Positions 55,913 to 64,000 of a stretch of 64,000 nucleotides of DNA are shown piece by piece (position 1 is the first letter of the stretch; every line of letters begins with the position of its first letter). Source of the stretch: an uncultured virus (IMG/VR IMGVR_UViG_3300011339_000326) (Duplodnaviria > Heunggongvirae > Uroviricota > Caudoviricetes); the IMG/VR virus record IMGVR_UViG_3300011339_000326; one strand, 5' to 3'. The position numbers and the translations under genes were made by a program. The notes under the pieces were generated by a model. That model was not told the DNA's origin and made no database searches. It saw nothing but the letters and a program-made list of their open reading frames with translations.

Positions 55913-56290
55913 ATGAGCAAGCAAATCAACCAAAACAGTATCAACGTCCTTATGCGCCACGTGCGTCATACCCTCGCACCCAACACAGAGGTGCGCCAAG
56001 TCAGCGCATCGAGCGAGGGCGTAGGGTTCTACATGGACTCCCGGCATGGGGAGAAAACCCGTGATCTAGTGCACTTTTCGTGCACACCAACAGACCCCGA
56101 AGATGGGCAAGCCGAAGGCGGCTGGAATATCCTTGCCCGACTAGATGGCGGGCAGTTTGTCGGCGAGTGGGTTGCACAGGGCGAAAGCCTCAACGCAGAC
56201 TGGTACGCTGCATGGTTCAGCGTAATGGCTAACTGCAGCGGGGCTAACTACTGGCTGCGTTTCGTCGAGGTCGAGGAGGTGCTGGAATGA
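55913..56290 (+). CDS. Hypothetical early protein
   Basis: AAGGA SD before ATG 55913. Confidence 0.65.
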   Translation: MSKQINQNSINVLMRHVRHTLAPNTEVRQVSASSEGVGFYMDSRHGEKTRDLVHFSCTPTDPEDGQAEGGWNILARLDGGQFVGEWVAQGESLNADWYAAWFSVMANCSGANYWLRFVEVEEVLE

Positions 56291-56412
56291 AGCCCAAGAC
56301 CAAATCCGACCTAACATTGTTAGGCATGACGCCAATACAACGCGCCGAACGCATCGTGTTCCTCTTGTGCCTCATTGTGCTGGCACTCGATCTTTTATTT
56401 TGGAGGCCATGA
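56287..56412 (+). CDS. 41-aa membrane peptide ending LDLLFWRP
   Basis: Translated by hand; ATGA overlaps at both ends. Confidence 0.65.
   Translation: MKPKTKSDLTLLGMTPIQRAERIVFLLCLIVLALDLLFWRP
56311..56323. repeat. CTAACAnTGTTAG palindrome copy inside the micro-gene
   Basis: cCTAACATTGTTAGg. Confidence 0.9.
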
Positions 56413-56648
56413 TGGGACAAGTAAAAGCCCTTCTCTGCACCTGCAGTCACTGCGGTGACGATATTGACCCTCGGCGAGTAACCCTAGGGTATCGGCTCTG
56501 CCTGTGGTGCGGTGAGGAAGCCGCAACCCAGACCCGGAAGGGCTGGACCGTGGTGCAGGAATACACCAAGGGTAACTATCAGTTCATTACCCCTAGCAGC
56601 GTAGCAGTAACACTTAAGCAGACTAACCCGAAGAACCTGAGGACATAA
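56409..56648 (+). CDS. C4 zinc-finger protein (DksA/TraR-like finger)
   Basis: CSHCGDDIDPRR..LGYRLCLWC. Confidence 0.65.
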   Translation: MMGQVKALLCTCSHCGDDIDPRRVTLGYRLCLWCGEEAATQTRKGWTVVQEYTKGNYQFITPSSVAVTLKQTNPKNLRT

Positions 56649-56650
56649 GC

Positions 56651-56899
56651 ATGACAACGACCACAACAAAACGACCCTACATCACCCAATACTTTGAGGC
56701 ACCCAATGCCTCGGGTAAGAAGCCAGCATCCACCGGGTATGCGGCAACCCTGCGCGGTGCGCGTAGGAACATGGCCGTGCGCATCGTGCTCGGCCAATAC
56801 GGCTTGGCTATAGTAGCCGAGAGGGAGAAGGTAACGACAACGCCCCTGTGCGTCATGCGCAGGACAACCACAGGCATAGATATCAAGGAGGGTGTATGA
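56651..56899 (+). CDS. Hypothetical protein
   Basis: GAGGA SD. Confidence 0.6.
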   Translation: MTTTTTKRPYITQYFEAPNASGKKPASTGYAATLRGARRNMAVRIVLGQYGLAIVAEREKVTTTPLCVMRRTTTGIDIKEGV

Positions 56900-57132
56900 A
56901 ACTCAGGGGGTTGAAGAAGGTACGGCACGGGATGGTGAACCGTGCCGACTGGATCGCAGCCGACAACGACACGAGGATGTATTTCATCCGAGGGGTCAAG
57001 CCATGCAAAACCTACTCACCTTGGTGCAGTGACTGCAATGCGGTCAAGTTTAGGCGGGACATGGCTCGGTTCCCCTACTCCATCGTGGAGTTCAACGAGT
57101 ACGAGGACAAGCAACAGGAGAAAACGGAATGA
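56896..57132 (+). CDS. Hypothetical protein (C...CSDC)
   Basis: AGGAGG SD, coupled. Confidence 0.6.
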   Translation: MKLRGLKKVRHGMVNRADWIAADNDTRMYFIRGVKPCKTYSPWCSDCNAVKFRRDMARFPYSIVEFNEYEDKQQEKTE

Positions 57133-57338
57133 TCACCAACACATTCATCACCGAGGATGGCAAGTACCACATCGAGTCACTCGGCAACGGGTGGGCGTAC
57201 TCAGTCACCTGCCAGCGTACAGGTAACAACTTCTTTGTGCAGGACCACGATGCCGACACCCTGCAGCAGGAGACGAGCAACTTCGAGTGCACTGGTGCAC
57301 TGGACAACTATATGGAGGCCCTTGGGGGAGAAGCATGA
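57129..57338 (+). CDS. Hypothetical acidic protein
   Basis: AGGAG SD, coupled. Confidence 0.65.
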   Translation: MITNTFITEDGKYHIESLGNGWAYSVTCQRTGNNFFVQDHDADTLQQETSNFECTGALDNYMEALGGEA

Positions 57339-57583
57339 GTAACCGAAAACAAATCGACACAAGTGGACCACTCACCGAGGCAGAGCAGAAGTCAATGAGG
57401 CAGAAGGTGGACCTGATTCTGTCCCTTGCAGGCTCAGACCCTGCAACGATGCTAGCTGCTATTAGCTATGCGCTGGTAAATGCAGCAGCTAAGTGTGACG
57501 TCACGCCGATGAGCGTGATCAGTGTATTGGCCCAGATGTTTGACGACACAGAGGAGAGTGAAGATGAAGATCAAGACGAGTGA
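57335..57583 (+). CDS. Hypothetical protein with an acidic tail
   Basis: ATGA coupling at 57335. Confidence 0.6.
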   Translation: MSNRKQIDTSGPLTEAEQKSMRQKVDLILSLAGSDPATMLAAISYALVNAAAKCDVTPMSVISVLAQMFDDTEESEDEDQDE

Positions 57584-57959
57584 CCTAACATTGTTAGCCC
57601 TTGATTGGGCAGTGGCTGAGTCCGAGAAGATGGATATTGAGATACGCCCAGCGGGTGCGTGTGGACGGCCTTTGTACGTGCTTGCTGCTGAGGCTGGCCG
57701 TACACCATGGACATGGACTCCGACAACAAGCTGGCACCAAGGTGGGCCGATTATTGATCGGGAGAAGATCGCAACGTCCCCGCTGCCTAATAACTCATGG
57801 AGGGCCTATGCGCCGATGGGCACTCGCGTTCTGAATGGACGGGAGATATTTAGCTGGCAACACAAAGGGAATGGCCCAACCCTACTCATCGCAGCCATGC
57901 GCTGCTATGTGGCCTCAAAACTCGGCGACACCGTTGACATACCAGAGGAGTTGGTATGA
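57564..57959 (+). CDS. DUF2591/NinX-like protein
   Basis: ALDWAVA...P.TSW.QGGPIIDRE.I...GPT.LIAAMRC.VASKLG..V.IPEEL. Confidence 0.8.
   Translation: MKIKTSDLTLLALDWAVAESEKMDIEIRPAGACGRPLYVLAAEAGRTPWTWTPTTSWHQGGPIIDREKIATSPLPNNSWRAYAPMGTRVLNGREIFSWQHKGNGPTLLIAAMRCYVASKLGDTVDIPEELV
57585..57597. repeat. CTAACAnTGTTAG palindrome copy inside the DUF2591-like gene
   Basis: cCTAACATTGTTAGc. Confidence 0.9.
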
Positions 57960-58216
57960 GTAAATGGATAAAGGCCAATAAGTATTGCGAGTACGTTGAC
58001 TTCGACAAGGAGTTGTACCGACTGCCCGACAAGGGCAACACGAGCGTGGACATACGGCTGACGTTCAACACAGACATGCGCACGTGCTACTACACGATCA
58101 GCTTGAAGAACGACGATGGCGATACGCGTGATTGGCAGCAAGACCACCGCGTACCTTGGGCCGTGGGCGTTGCAATGCTCGGTGACGAGGTGGAAGTGCC
58201 CGAGGAGTTGCAGTGA
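57956..58216 (+). CDS. Hypothetical protein sharing the LGDEVEVPEEL tail with the previous gene
   Basis: Coupled ORF. Confidence 0.65.
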   Translation: MSKWIKANKYCEYVDFDKELYRLPDKGNTSVDIRLTFNTDMRTCYYTISLKNDDGDTRDWQQDHRVPWAVGVAMLGDEVEVPEELQ

Positions 58217-58365
58217 TCAGGTTCTTTGTGTCTGGCTGGAGTAGCCGCTTCAGCCTGTGGCACTCAGAGGTCATCGAGGCCAAGAGCAAGGCTGCGGCCA
58301 AGGAGCGGTTCGTCGCCCTGCGGCCTACGCTGAAACATGTCAAGGTTTTAATTTTAGGAGATTAG
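58213..58365 (+). CDS. 50-aa hypothetical protein
   Basis: GTGA overlap; translated by hand (..EVIEAKSKAAAKERF..). Confidence 0.55.
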   Translation: MIRFFVSGWSSRFSLWHSEVIEAKSKAAAKERFVALRPTLKHVKVLILGD

Positions 58366-58366
58366 C

Positions 58367-59269
58367 ATGTATGGAAATGGAAGTATGCGCGAGATCAAGC
58401 GTATAACGACATACGAGGAAGCGAAGCTGCGGTACGAGCAGGTCAAGCCGATCAGGGGCAGGGCTGGAGATGTGCGCCCATTGGGCGAGCGAAGGAATGA
58501 CAACTTCAGGATAGCCAAGCGAGTGAACCCACTAAGCGGCATCACAGCCTATCAGTGCATCCTGTACTCGACCCCGGTGGTGGAGTTCAAGCCCGACGGT
58601 GATGTGGAGATCGTTATGGGTGGGTGGGCCACGACTGCAACCCGGACATTCATAGAACGACTGCTGCACCTTAGCTGTTACTCAAAGAACGACAGTAGTG
58701 TGCTGTGTCTTGGCAATAAAGCCGAGGTTGTGCTGCACCCGACCAAGACCACAGTGATCCGTCGGCTGGAGGTCTATCCGTACACGTGGGAACTAACATC
58801 GAGCGAGCCGGTGTACGAAACGCAGTTGAACAAGAAGAAGGCTAACAATGTTAGGGCGCAGTACAGCGAGTTCGAGAAGTACCTGAAGGCAATGGTCAAC
58901 CTGCGCGAAGAAACACGGATGGAAGGTTTCATGAGGGGCAAGTACGTCTACAAACGTATCACGTTCACCAAAACCGAGTTCATCGAGGCGGATTTGGGCG
59001 GCATGGTGCAGGTGGAGCTAATGCGGAACGACCAACCGGAGGAGAGCAAGCACAGCAACTTCTACAAAGCAGCGCTTGGGATTGCTATATCTATTAGAGG
59101 AGGGTTTACGGCCGTTAGGGGGGGTCCCGAGATGTACTTGCAGTCAAACACTTTGCTGCCCAAGTTCCGCGAGATTGTGTACCGACACCATAAGAACGAG
59201 GTGTTCGAGAAGGTGCTGCTGCCCGTAGGTAAGGCAGCGAACAAGAAGTACGACAGTTGGGTCAAGTAA
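58367..59269 (+). CDS. Hypothetical 300-aa early protein
   Basis: AGGAG SD; VKPIRGR..VRPLG.RR. Confidence 0.75.
   Translation: MYGNGSMREIKRITTYEEAKLRYEQVKPIRGRAGDVRPLGERRNDNFRIAKRVNPLSGITAYQCILYSTPVVEFKPDGDVEIVMGGWATTATRTFIERLLHLSCYSKNDSSVLCLGNKAEVVLHPTKTTVIRRLEVYPYTWELTSSEPVYETQLNKKKANNVRAQYSEFEKYLKAMVNLREETRMEGFMRGKYVYKRITFTKTEFIEADLGGMVQVELMRNDQPEESKHSNFYKAALGIAISIRGGFTAVRGGPEMYLQSNTLLPKFREIVYRHHKNEVFEKVLLPVGKAANKKYDSWVK
58842..58854. repeat. CTAACAnTGTTAG palindrome copy inside the CDS
   Basis: gCTAACAATGTTAGg. Confidence 0.9.
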
Positions 59270-59291
59270 AGAGTAAAGGTTGTGCTTACGC

Positions 59292-59320
59292 TTGACATAG
59301 GTACTATATTGTGTTACAAT
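59292..59320 (+). promoter_or_regulatory. Strong sigma70 promoter
   Basis: TTGACA-17 bp-TACAAT with extended TGn. Confidence 0.85.
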
Positions 59321-59357
59321 GTAGTTTGATTAGCGGTAGTGTGGTTAGGGCTAGCCC

Positions 59358-59370
59358 CTAACAATGTTAG
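59358..59370. repeat. CTAACAnTGTTAG palindrome copy (5' UTR)
   Basis: cCTAACAATGTTAGt. Confidence 0.9.
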
Positions 59371-59414
59371 TAGTGGGCGTCTTGCCCGGTTAGTGTTATT
59401 TTAAGGAGTTAGAA

Positions 59415-60479
59415 ATGGCTGAAGTCACATTTGGTAAGAGCATCACGCTCAAGCAAGCTGCGGACCTGATTTGCAGCAACCCGGAAACCCGCTTCCTCTT
59501 GCAGGGCGAGCCCGGTATCGGCAAGTCCAGTCTGCTGGAAATGATCAGCGCACGCATGGGTTTTGCTCATTCGTATATTGACGTACCCAATATGGATTTG
59601 GGCGACATTGCGATGCCGGTGATTGATCACGAGACCAAGACAACCCGGTATTACCCGAATGCCCGCTTTAATGTGCACGAGGGCAAGCCTGTGGTGGTGA
59701 TGCTTGACGAGTTCACCAAGGGTGCCGACCCGGTGAAGAACATGCTGCACCCTATGCTAGAGAAGGCAAACCCACGGCTGGGTGACATCAGCTTGAACAA
59801 GGACTGCATCGTGTTCTTGACGGGCAACCTGTCTACCGACGGTGTGGGCGACAACCTGAAAGCACATAGCCGTAATCGTTTAGTCCCGGTGACGATCAGC
59901 AAACCCAATGCCGAGCAGTGGATTGAGTGGGCTATCAACAAGAACATCGAGGCCGAGGTGATTGCATGGGTGAGTCGGTTCCCTCAGGTGCTTGCATCGT
60001 ATACGGACGGGGGGCAGAACGACAACCCGTACATCTACAACCCTAAGCGCAACCAGAATGCGTTCGTGTCGCCCCGCTCACTGGAGACTGCATCTAACAT
60101 TGTTAGGACCCGCAAGCAGAACGACCCGGATGCGGTGATCGCGGCACTCAGTGGTGCTATCGGTGAGTCAGGTGCACGGGACATGCAGGCGTACATCGAG
60201 TTTGCCGACCAGCTACCAACGTGGGAGGCGACGGTGAGTAAGCCCGACACAGCGCCTGTGCCTACTAGCCCCGGTGCATGCTCAATCGTGGTGTTTGGTG
60301 CTATCTCCCGTGTGACCAAGGAGACGATCACGCCGTTCATGCAGTATCTGGAGCGGTTCGAGCCTGAGTGGCAGGCAGTGTTCGCAGTCAACATCGCCAA
60401 GGCCCCGGCCAAGCAGTCCATTGCGTTCAGTTGCAAGGCGTTTGCAACGTGGGTTGCCAAGAACCAAGACCTACTGTAA
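59415..60479 (+). CDS. MoxR/dynein-related AAA+ ATPase
   Basis: GEPGIGKS, MLDEF, TGN, NR, SPRS. Confidence 0.88.
   Translation: MAEVTFGKSITLKQAADLICSNPETRFLLQGEPGIGKSSLLEMISARMGFAHSYIDVPNMDLGDIAMPVIDHETKTTRYYPNARFNVHEGKPVVVMLDEFTKGADPVKNMLHPMLEKANPRLGDISLNKDCIVFLTGNLSTDGVGDNLKAHSRNRLVPVTISKPNAEQWIEWAINKNIEAEVIAWVSRFPQVLASYTDGGQNDNPYIYNPKRNQNAFVSPRSLETASNIVRTRKQNDPDAVIAALSGAIGESGARDMQAYIEFADQLPTWEATVSKPDTAPVPTSPGACSIVVFGAISRVTKETITPFMQYLERFEPEWQAVFAVNIAKAPAKQSIAFSCKAFATWVAKNQDLL
60094..60106. repeat. CTAACAnTGTTAG palindrome copy inside the AAA+ gene
   Basis: tCTAACATTGTTAGg. Confidence 0.9.
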
Positions 60480-60494
60480 TACAAGGAGTTAAAC

Positions 60495-61700
60495 ATGGAA
60501 GCAGAACGTAAATTGCAGAAGGCGAAGATCGCCTTGATGCGCAACAAGAACTTTGCCCTGTTGCAGGGCGTGATGATGATTGGCAAGACGCGAGTGGATG
60601 AGCACACGCCGACTGCCTGTACTAACGGACGGGATGAGGTGTACGGGCGTGAGTTCGTGACCAAGCTGCGTGATCCTGAGTTGTGCTTTGTGATTGCCCA
60701 CGAGGCAGGGCACAAGATGTACCGGCACATGACCACGTGGAAGAAGCTGCACGACGAGGACCACCGGCTAGCCAACATTGCCTGTGACCACGTGATCAAC
60801 CTGATGCTCAAGGAGTTGGACCCGCAAGGTGTGGTGATAGCTATGCCTGTGTACCGGGATGGTCCACACAAGGGCAAGCAGATGGGCATGTGCGATGCGC
60901 GGTTCAAGAACATGAACAGCAAGCAGGTGTTCGACATACTGAAAGAGGAGAAGAAGTCGGGCGGCGGAAGCGGTGAGAGTGGCGACGGTGGCGTCGACGA
61001 GCACGACTGGGATGGTGCCGAGGGTATGACCGACGAGGAGAAGCGCGAGCTAGTGCGAGACATTGACCAAGCTATACGGCAGGGGTTGATGGCGCACAAC
61101 AAGCAGGTGGGTGAGGGTGCGGGTGGACTAGACCGCGAGTTGCAGGAGTTGCTTGAGCCCAAGGTCAACTGGCGTGAGGTGCTGCGTGACTACGTGAAGT
61201 CCATGTGTCACAGCAAGGACGCGAGTAGCTGGCGCAGGGTTAACCGTAGGTTCCTATCCACAGGTGTTTACATGCCGAGCATGATCGGTGAGAAGGTGGG
61301 GCATCTGGTGGTTGCGATAGACACATCAGGCTCCATTGGGCAGGAGGCGTTATCCGAGTTCCTGTCCGAGGTTAAGGGTATCGCCGAAGAGGTAAGCCCT
61401 GAGCTTGTGGACTTGATCTATTGGGACAGCGCAGTGGCTGCACATGAGACCTACACGGAGTCCGAGGTACCTAACATTGTTAGCTCTACCAAGCCACGAG
61501 GCGGTGGGGGTACATCACCTAGCTGTGTGTCGGACTACCTGAAGAAGGAGCAGATCGTGCCTCAGTGCGTGATCGTGCTGACTGACGGATACGTGGGTAG
61601 TGACTGGGGTAACGACTGGACTGCGCCCGTTATGTGGGCCATCGTAGGAGGTAATGATGTGGTGGCACCGAACGGCAAAACAATTCACATTAAAGACTAA
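60495..61700 (+). CDS. DUF2201-type metallopeptidase plus VWA domain protein
   Basis: TACTNG, HEAGH, N.ACD.VIN; MIDAS DTSGS, GGGGT, LTDG. Confidence 0.88.
   Translation: MEAERKLQKAKIALMRNKNFALLQGVMMIGKTRVDEHTPTACTNGRDEVYGREFVTKLRDPELCFVIAHEAGHKMYRHMTTWKKLHDEDHRLANIACDHVINLMLKELDPQGVVIAMPVYRDGPHKGKQMGMCDARFKNMNSKQVFDILKEEKKSGGGSGESGDGGVDEHDWDGAEGMTDEEKRELVRDIDQAIRQGLMAHNKQVGEGAGGLDRELQELLEPKVNWREVLRDYVKSMCHSKDASSWRRVNRRFLSTGVYMPSMIGEKVGHLVVAIDTSGSIGQEALSEFLSEVKGIAEEVSPELVDLIYWDSAVAAHETYTESEVPNIVSSTKPRGGGGTSPSCVSDYLKKEQIVPQCVIVLTDGYVGSDWGNDWTAPVMWAIVGGNDVVAPNGKTIHIKD
61471..61483. repeat. CTAACAnTGTTAG palindrome copy inside the VWA gene
   Basis: cCTAACATTGTTAGc. Confidence 0.9.
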
Positions 61701-61710
61701 GGAGGACGAC

Positions 61711-61956
61711 ATGGTGGTTATAGAGTTTGGCTACAACACCAGTAGCTTAGTGATGTCGCCTAAGGATGCGCTGGCGATGGCCGAGATCATGCAGCGTGCG
61801 GAGAAGTACGAGAAGAAGTACCGCCCCGGAAGTGGCGGGGGCGAGAGCAGTTACACGTACCACGTGTGGACTAACCCCGATGAGATCACCATGAAGCTCA
61901 TCAGCGACGACACCTACCGCATGGCAAAGCTGGCGGGTAAATCGGAGAAGGAATGA
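61711..61956 (+). CDS. Hypothetical protein
   Basis: AGGAGG SD before ATG 61711. Confidence 0.7.
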   Translation: MVVIEFGYNTSSLVMSPKDALAMAEIMQRAEKYEKKYRPGSGGGESSYTYHVWTNPDEITMKLISDDTYRMAKLAGKSEKE

Positions 61957-62393
61957 TGCTAGACCCAGAACTGCAGATCAAACTGCTGATAGCTGAACGA
62001 CCTTGGGAGCAAGAGTGCAAACACTTCGAGGAGTGGATTGATAAAGGTACGGGGTACACGTGCACGATCTGGCGACACCCGACGCTAGGCCATCTGTGTG
62101 GATACGTGGGGATACCCAAGGGGCACCGCTGCTGTGGGCTTGGGTACAACGACATGAATGACATCGAGGTTCATGGTGGGCTGACGTACTCAGAGGTAGA
62201 CGATAAGCGGCAGTTGCATGTGTTTGGATTCGATGCTGGTCACGGTGGAGATTATTCACCGGGGCTGACGGTCACTCTGCTGAGGGTTACCGGGGAGTTC
62301 AATAGAGTGAGCAGAGGCCAAACGTACCGTACGTGGGCGTACATGAAAGAGCAAGTGTTGAGTTTGTGTAATCAATTGAAACTGAAGGAGTAA
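61953..62393 (+). CDS. Conserved phage protein (GHLCGYVG...VHGGLTYS...GFDAGH)
   Basis: Motif pattern; coupled. Confidence 0.75.
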   Translation: MMLDPELQIKLLIAERPWEQECKHFEEWIDKGTGYTCTIWRHPTLGHLCGYVGIPKGHRCCGLGYNDMNDIEVHGGLTYSEVDDKRQLHVFGFDAGHGGDYSPGLTVTLLRVTGEFNRVSRGQTYRTWAYMKEQVLSLCNQLKLKE

Positions 62394-62397
62394 TGAA

Positions 62398-63249
62398 ATG
62401 AGTATTAGTGCATCAGCAGTGTTAGTGGAACTGAACATCAGTGTGTGGCCTGCGTCGAAGATCGACCGGGAGACAACTGAGCTAACCAATACAAACGCAG
62501 GGGCAGTGCGAGACGCATCGCAGACCAAGAAGAACCTGTTCGCAGGTACGGGTTTGCGCAAGGACATCGAGAAGTTCGCTGCTCGGGCTCGGCTGTATCA
62601 CAACCTGCACACATTGCCGTGGGCTGACAAGGGTGAGCGCATGCTGCCGACCAAGTTGTTCATGGAGTACAAGCAGACGATTAATGGGTTCGAGCGGACG
62701 TTCGACGTTATGTGCCAGAACTTCTTTGTGCAGTACCCGCGTCTGGTATCTGAAGCCCCTACCAACCTAGGTGCACTGTACAAGGCAGGTGACTACCCTG
62801 ACCTTGAGGAGGTCAAGCAGAAGTTCGGGTTCCGTCGCTCAGTCAACCCCATGCCTGACTCCGGCGACTTTCGCTTGGACATACCAGCAGAGGACTTGGA
62901 TGATGTGCGAGCAGAGTTCCGCGACAAGTTCGACGAGCGGCTGAAGGAGGCTATGCGTGCACCGTGGGACAAGCTGCACTCAATGTTGCTAGGTGTATCT
63001 GACAAGCTGAAGGAGGGCAACGAGGGGGACAAGAAGCGATACCACGACTCACTGCTGACCAACCCACTGGAGTTGTGTGCACTGCTGACTAAGCTCAACG
63101 TGACCAACGACCCGCTGTTGGAAGAGGCACGGCGACAGGTAGAGCTAACAATGTTAGGGGCTAACATGGACAACATCAAAGAGGACGCTGACTCACGCAG
63201 CGAGTTGAAGTCCAAGGTCGATTCGATCTTGGGTAAGTTTAATTGGTAA
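62398..63249 (+). CDS. DUF3150-like helical protein
   Basis: LV.LNISVW, TLPW.D.G.R.LP, LNVTNDP.L; usual neighbour of AAA+/VWA genes. Confidence 0.6.
   Translation: MSISASAVLVELNISVWPASKIDRETTELTNTNAGAVRDASQTKKNLFAGTGLRKDIEKFAARARLYHNLHTLPWADKGERMLPTKLFMEYKQTINGFERTFDVMCQNFFVQYPRLVSEAPTNLGALYKAGDYPDLEEVKQKFGFRRSVNPMPDSGDFRLDIPAEDLDDVRAEFRDKFDERLKEAMRAPWDKLHSMLLGVSDKLKEGNEGDKKRYHDSLLTNPLELCALLTKLNVTNDPLLEEARRQVELTMLGANMDNIKEDADSRSELKSKVDSILGKFNW
63145..63157. repeat. CTAACAnTGTTAG palindrome copy inside the CDS
   Basis: gCTAACAATGTTAGg. Confidence 0.9.
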
Positions 63250-63259
63250 GGAGAGACAC

Positions 63260-63784
63260 ATGGCAACGAAAAAGAAGACAACCGAGGCACCGGCACCGGT
63301 AACACCGATGACCCCCAAGGAGATAGCCTATAAGCTGCGGGCTAAGTTCATTGTGGCTGCTACCGCAGTAGCTAACGATGCAGTGGCCGACCAAGTAGCG
63401 GAAAGCATCATCGCTGACCTGAACGCACAGAAGCGTGCGGTGACGCTAAGCCTGTTGGGTCTGACTGACAAGTGGGGCAGGTGGGAGGTAGAGAGCCGCG
63501 ATTCCCCCATCACTAAGCACTTGACAGAAGCGGCTAGAGCAACGGTTATGCAGTGGGTCAACGATGCTGTCGCCGAGGTGCTGACCGAGGAGCGCAAGGT
63601 GAAGGTCAAGAACACCGTTAAGAATGCAATGAAGGCGCATATAGAGGGCATCGTGAACGATAGCGTACACGACTACACCATTCGGAAAAAAGCCGAGGGA
63701 CTGGTTGAGACGATGCTGCAGAAAGCCGCAGATGAGGTACGCGACGAACTTGGACTGGAATTCAAAGTAGGAGCAAAGAAATGA
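63260..63784 (+). CDS. Hypothetical protein
   Basis: AAGGAG SD. Confidence 0.7.
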   Translation: MATKKKTTEAPAPVTPMTPKEIAYKLRAKFIVAATAVANDAVADQVAESIIADLNAQKRAVTLSLLGLTDKWGRWEVESRDSPITKHLTEAARATVMQWVNDAVAEVLTEERKVKVKNTVKNAMKAHIEGIVNDSVHDYTIRKKAEGLVETMLQKAADEVRDELGLEFKVGAKK

Positions 63785-64000
63785 GCATAACAAACAACGC
63801 GATGGATTTGCCTAACGTACACGCAGCCGAAACCAAAGAGCCTGTTGGTGCGTACAAGGTAACGTCCATCCTCGCCACAGTCATATGGGAACTGGCATTG
63901 AAAAACCCGATGTGGTCGTTCAAAGTAACAAACTTTAGCTGGGCAGTAGACGACAAACAACAAAGAACGATGGTGGCAAACAAGTTCGTAGTAAGCCACA
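63781..64000 (+). CDS. Hypothetical protein, 3'-truncated by the window edge
   Basis: ATGA overlap, AGGAG SD; open to the end (MSITNNAMDLPNV...). Confidence 0.65.
   Translation, partial: MSITNNAMDLPNVHAAETKEPVGAYKVTSILATVIWELALKNPMWSFKVTNFSWAVDDKQQRTMVANKFVVSH

Noticed and set aside
60035..61168. Long - strand ORFs opposite real genes (also 1329..2057, 16660..17400, 37081..37734, 47722..48363)
   Set aside because: Antisense shadows of well-supported CDSs with no SD or motif support.
54362..63157. Palindrome copies as a CRISPR array or integron attC sites
   Set aside because: Spacing is irregular (0.3-1.7 kb), most copies are inside genes, and no cas1/cas2 or integrase is visible.
1..64000. 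tRNA genes, integrase/attP, phage RNA polymerase, alternative genetic code
   Set aside because: None recognisable by eye; the standard code gives dense, coupled ORFs using all three stop codons. tRNAscan was not run.

Overview
The window is almost entirely a ~64 kb tailed dsDNA phage genome with P22/podovirus-like morphogenesis. It is probably near-complete and circularly permuted, since the window starts inside an open ORF and ends inside another in the same small-gene region. A proteobacterial host is an inference from the sigma70 promoters and gene families. Layout: (i) + strand early/accessory genes at 53.8-64 kb, continuing at 1-4.8 kb, including a MoxR-type AAA+/metallopeptidase-VWA/DUF3150-like cassette and many ATGA-coupled micro-genes; (ii) + strand replication genes at 4.9-15.5 kb (VRR-NUC, PolA, PD-(D/E)XK nucleases, HNH, SNF2 helicase, SSB-like, HTH, primase-helicase); (iii) - strand virion and lysis genes from 53.4 down to 15.5 kb (terminase, portal, GroES, scaffold, major capsid, adaptors, fibres, holin/lysozyme, ejection proteins, 2256-aa polyvalent protein). 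I saw no integrase, RNA polymerase, tRNA or CRISPR array. The most striking unexplained signals are: 13 exact copies of the palindrome CTAACAnTGTTAG confined to the early/middle arm and written into genes in different frames; a shared [MFY]-[AKS]-x-GG / GIAQRGKT-G peptide tag across about nine late proteins; and several candidate structured RNAs. All family assignments come from motif recognition by eye, not database searches.
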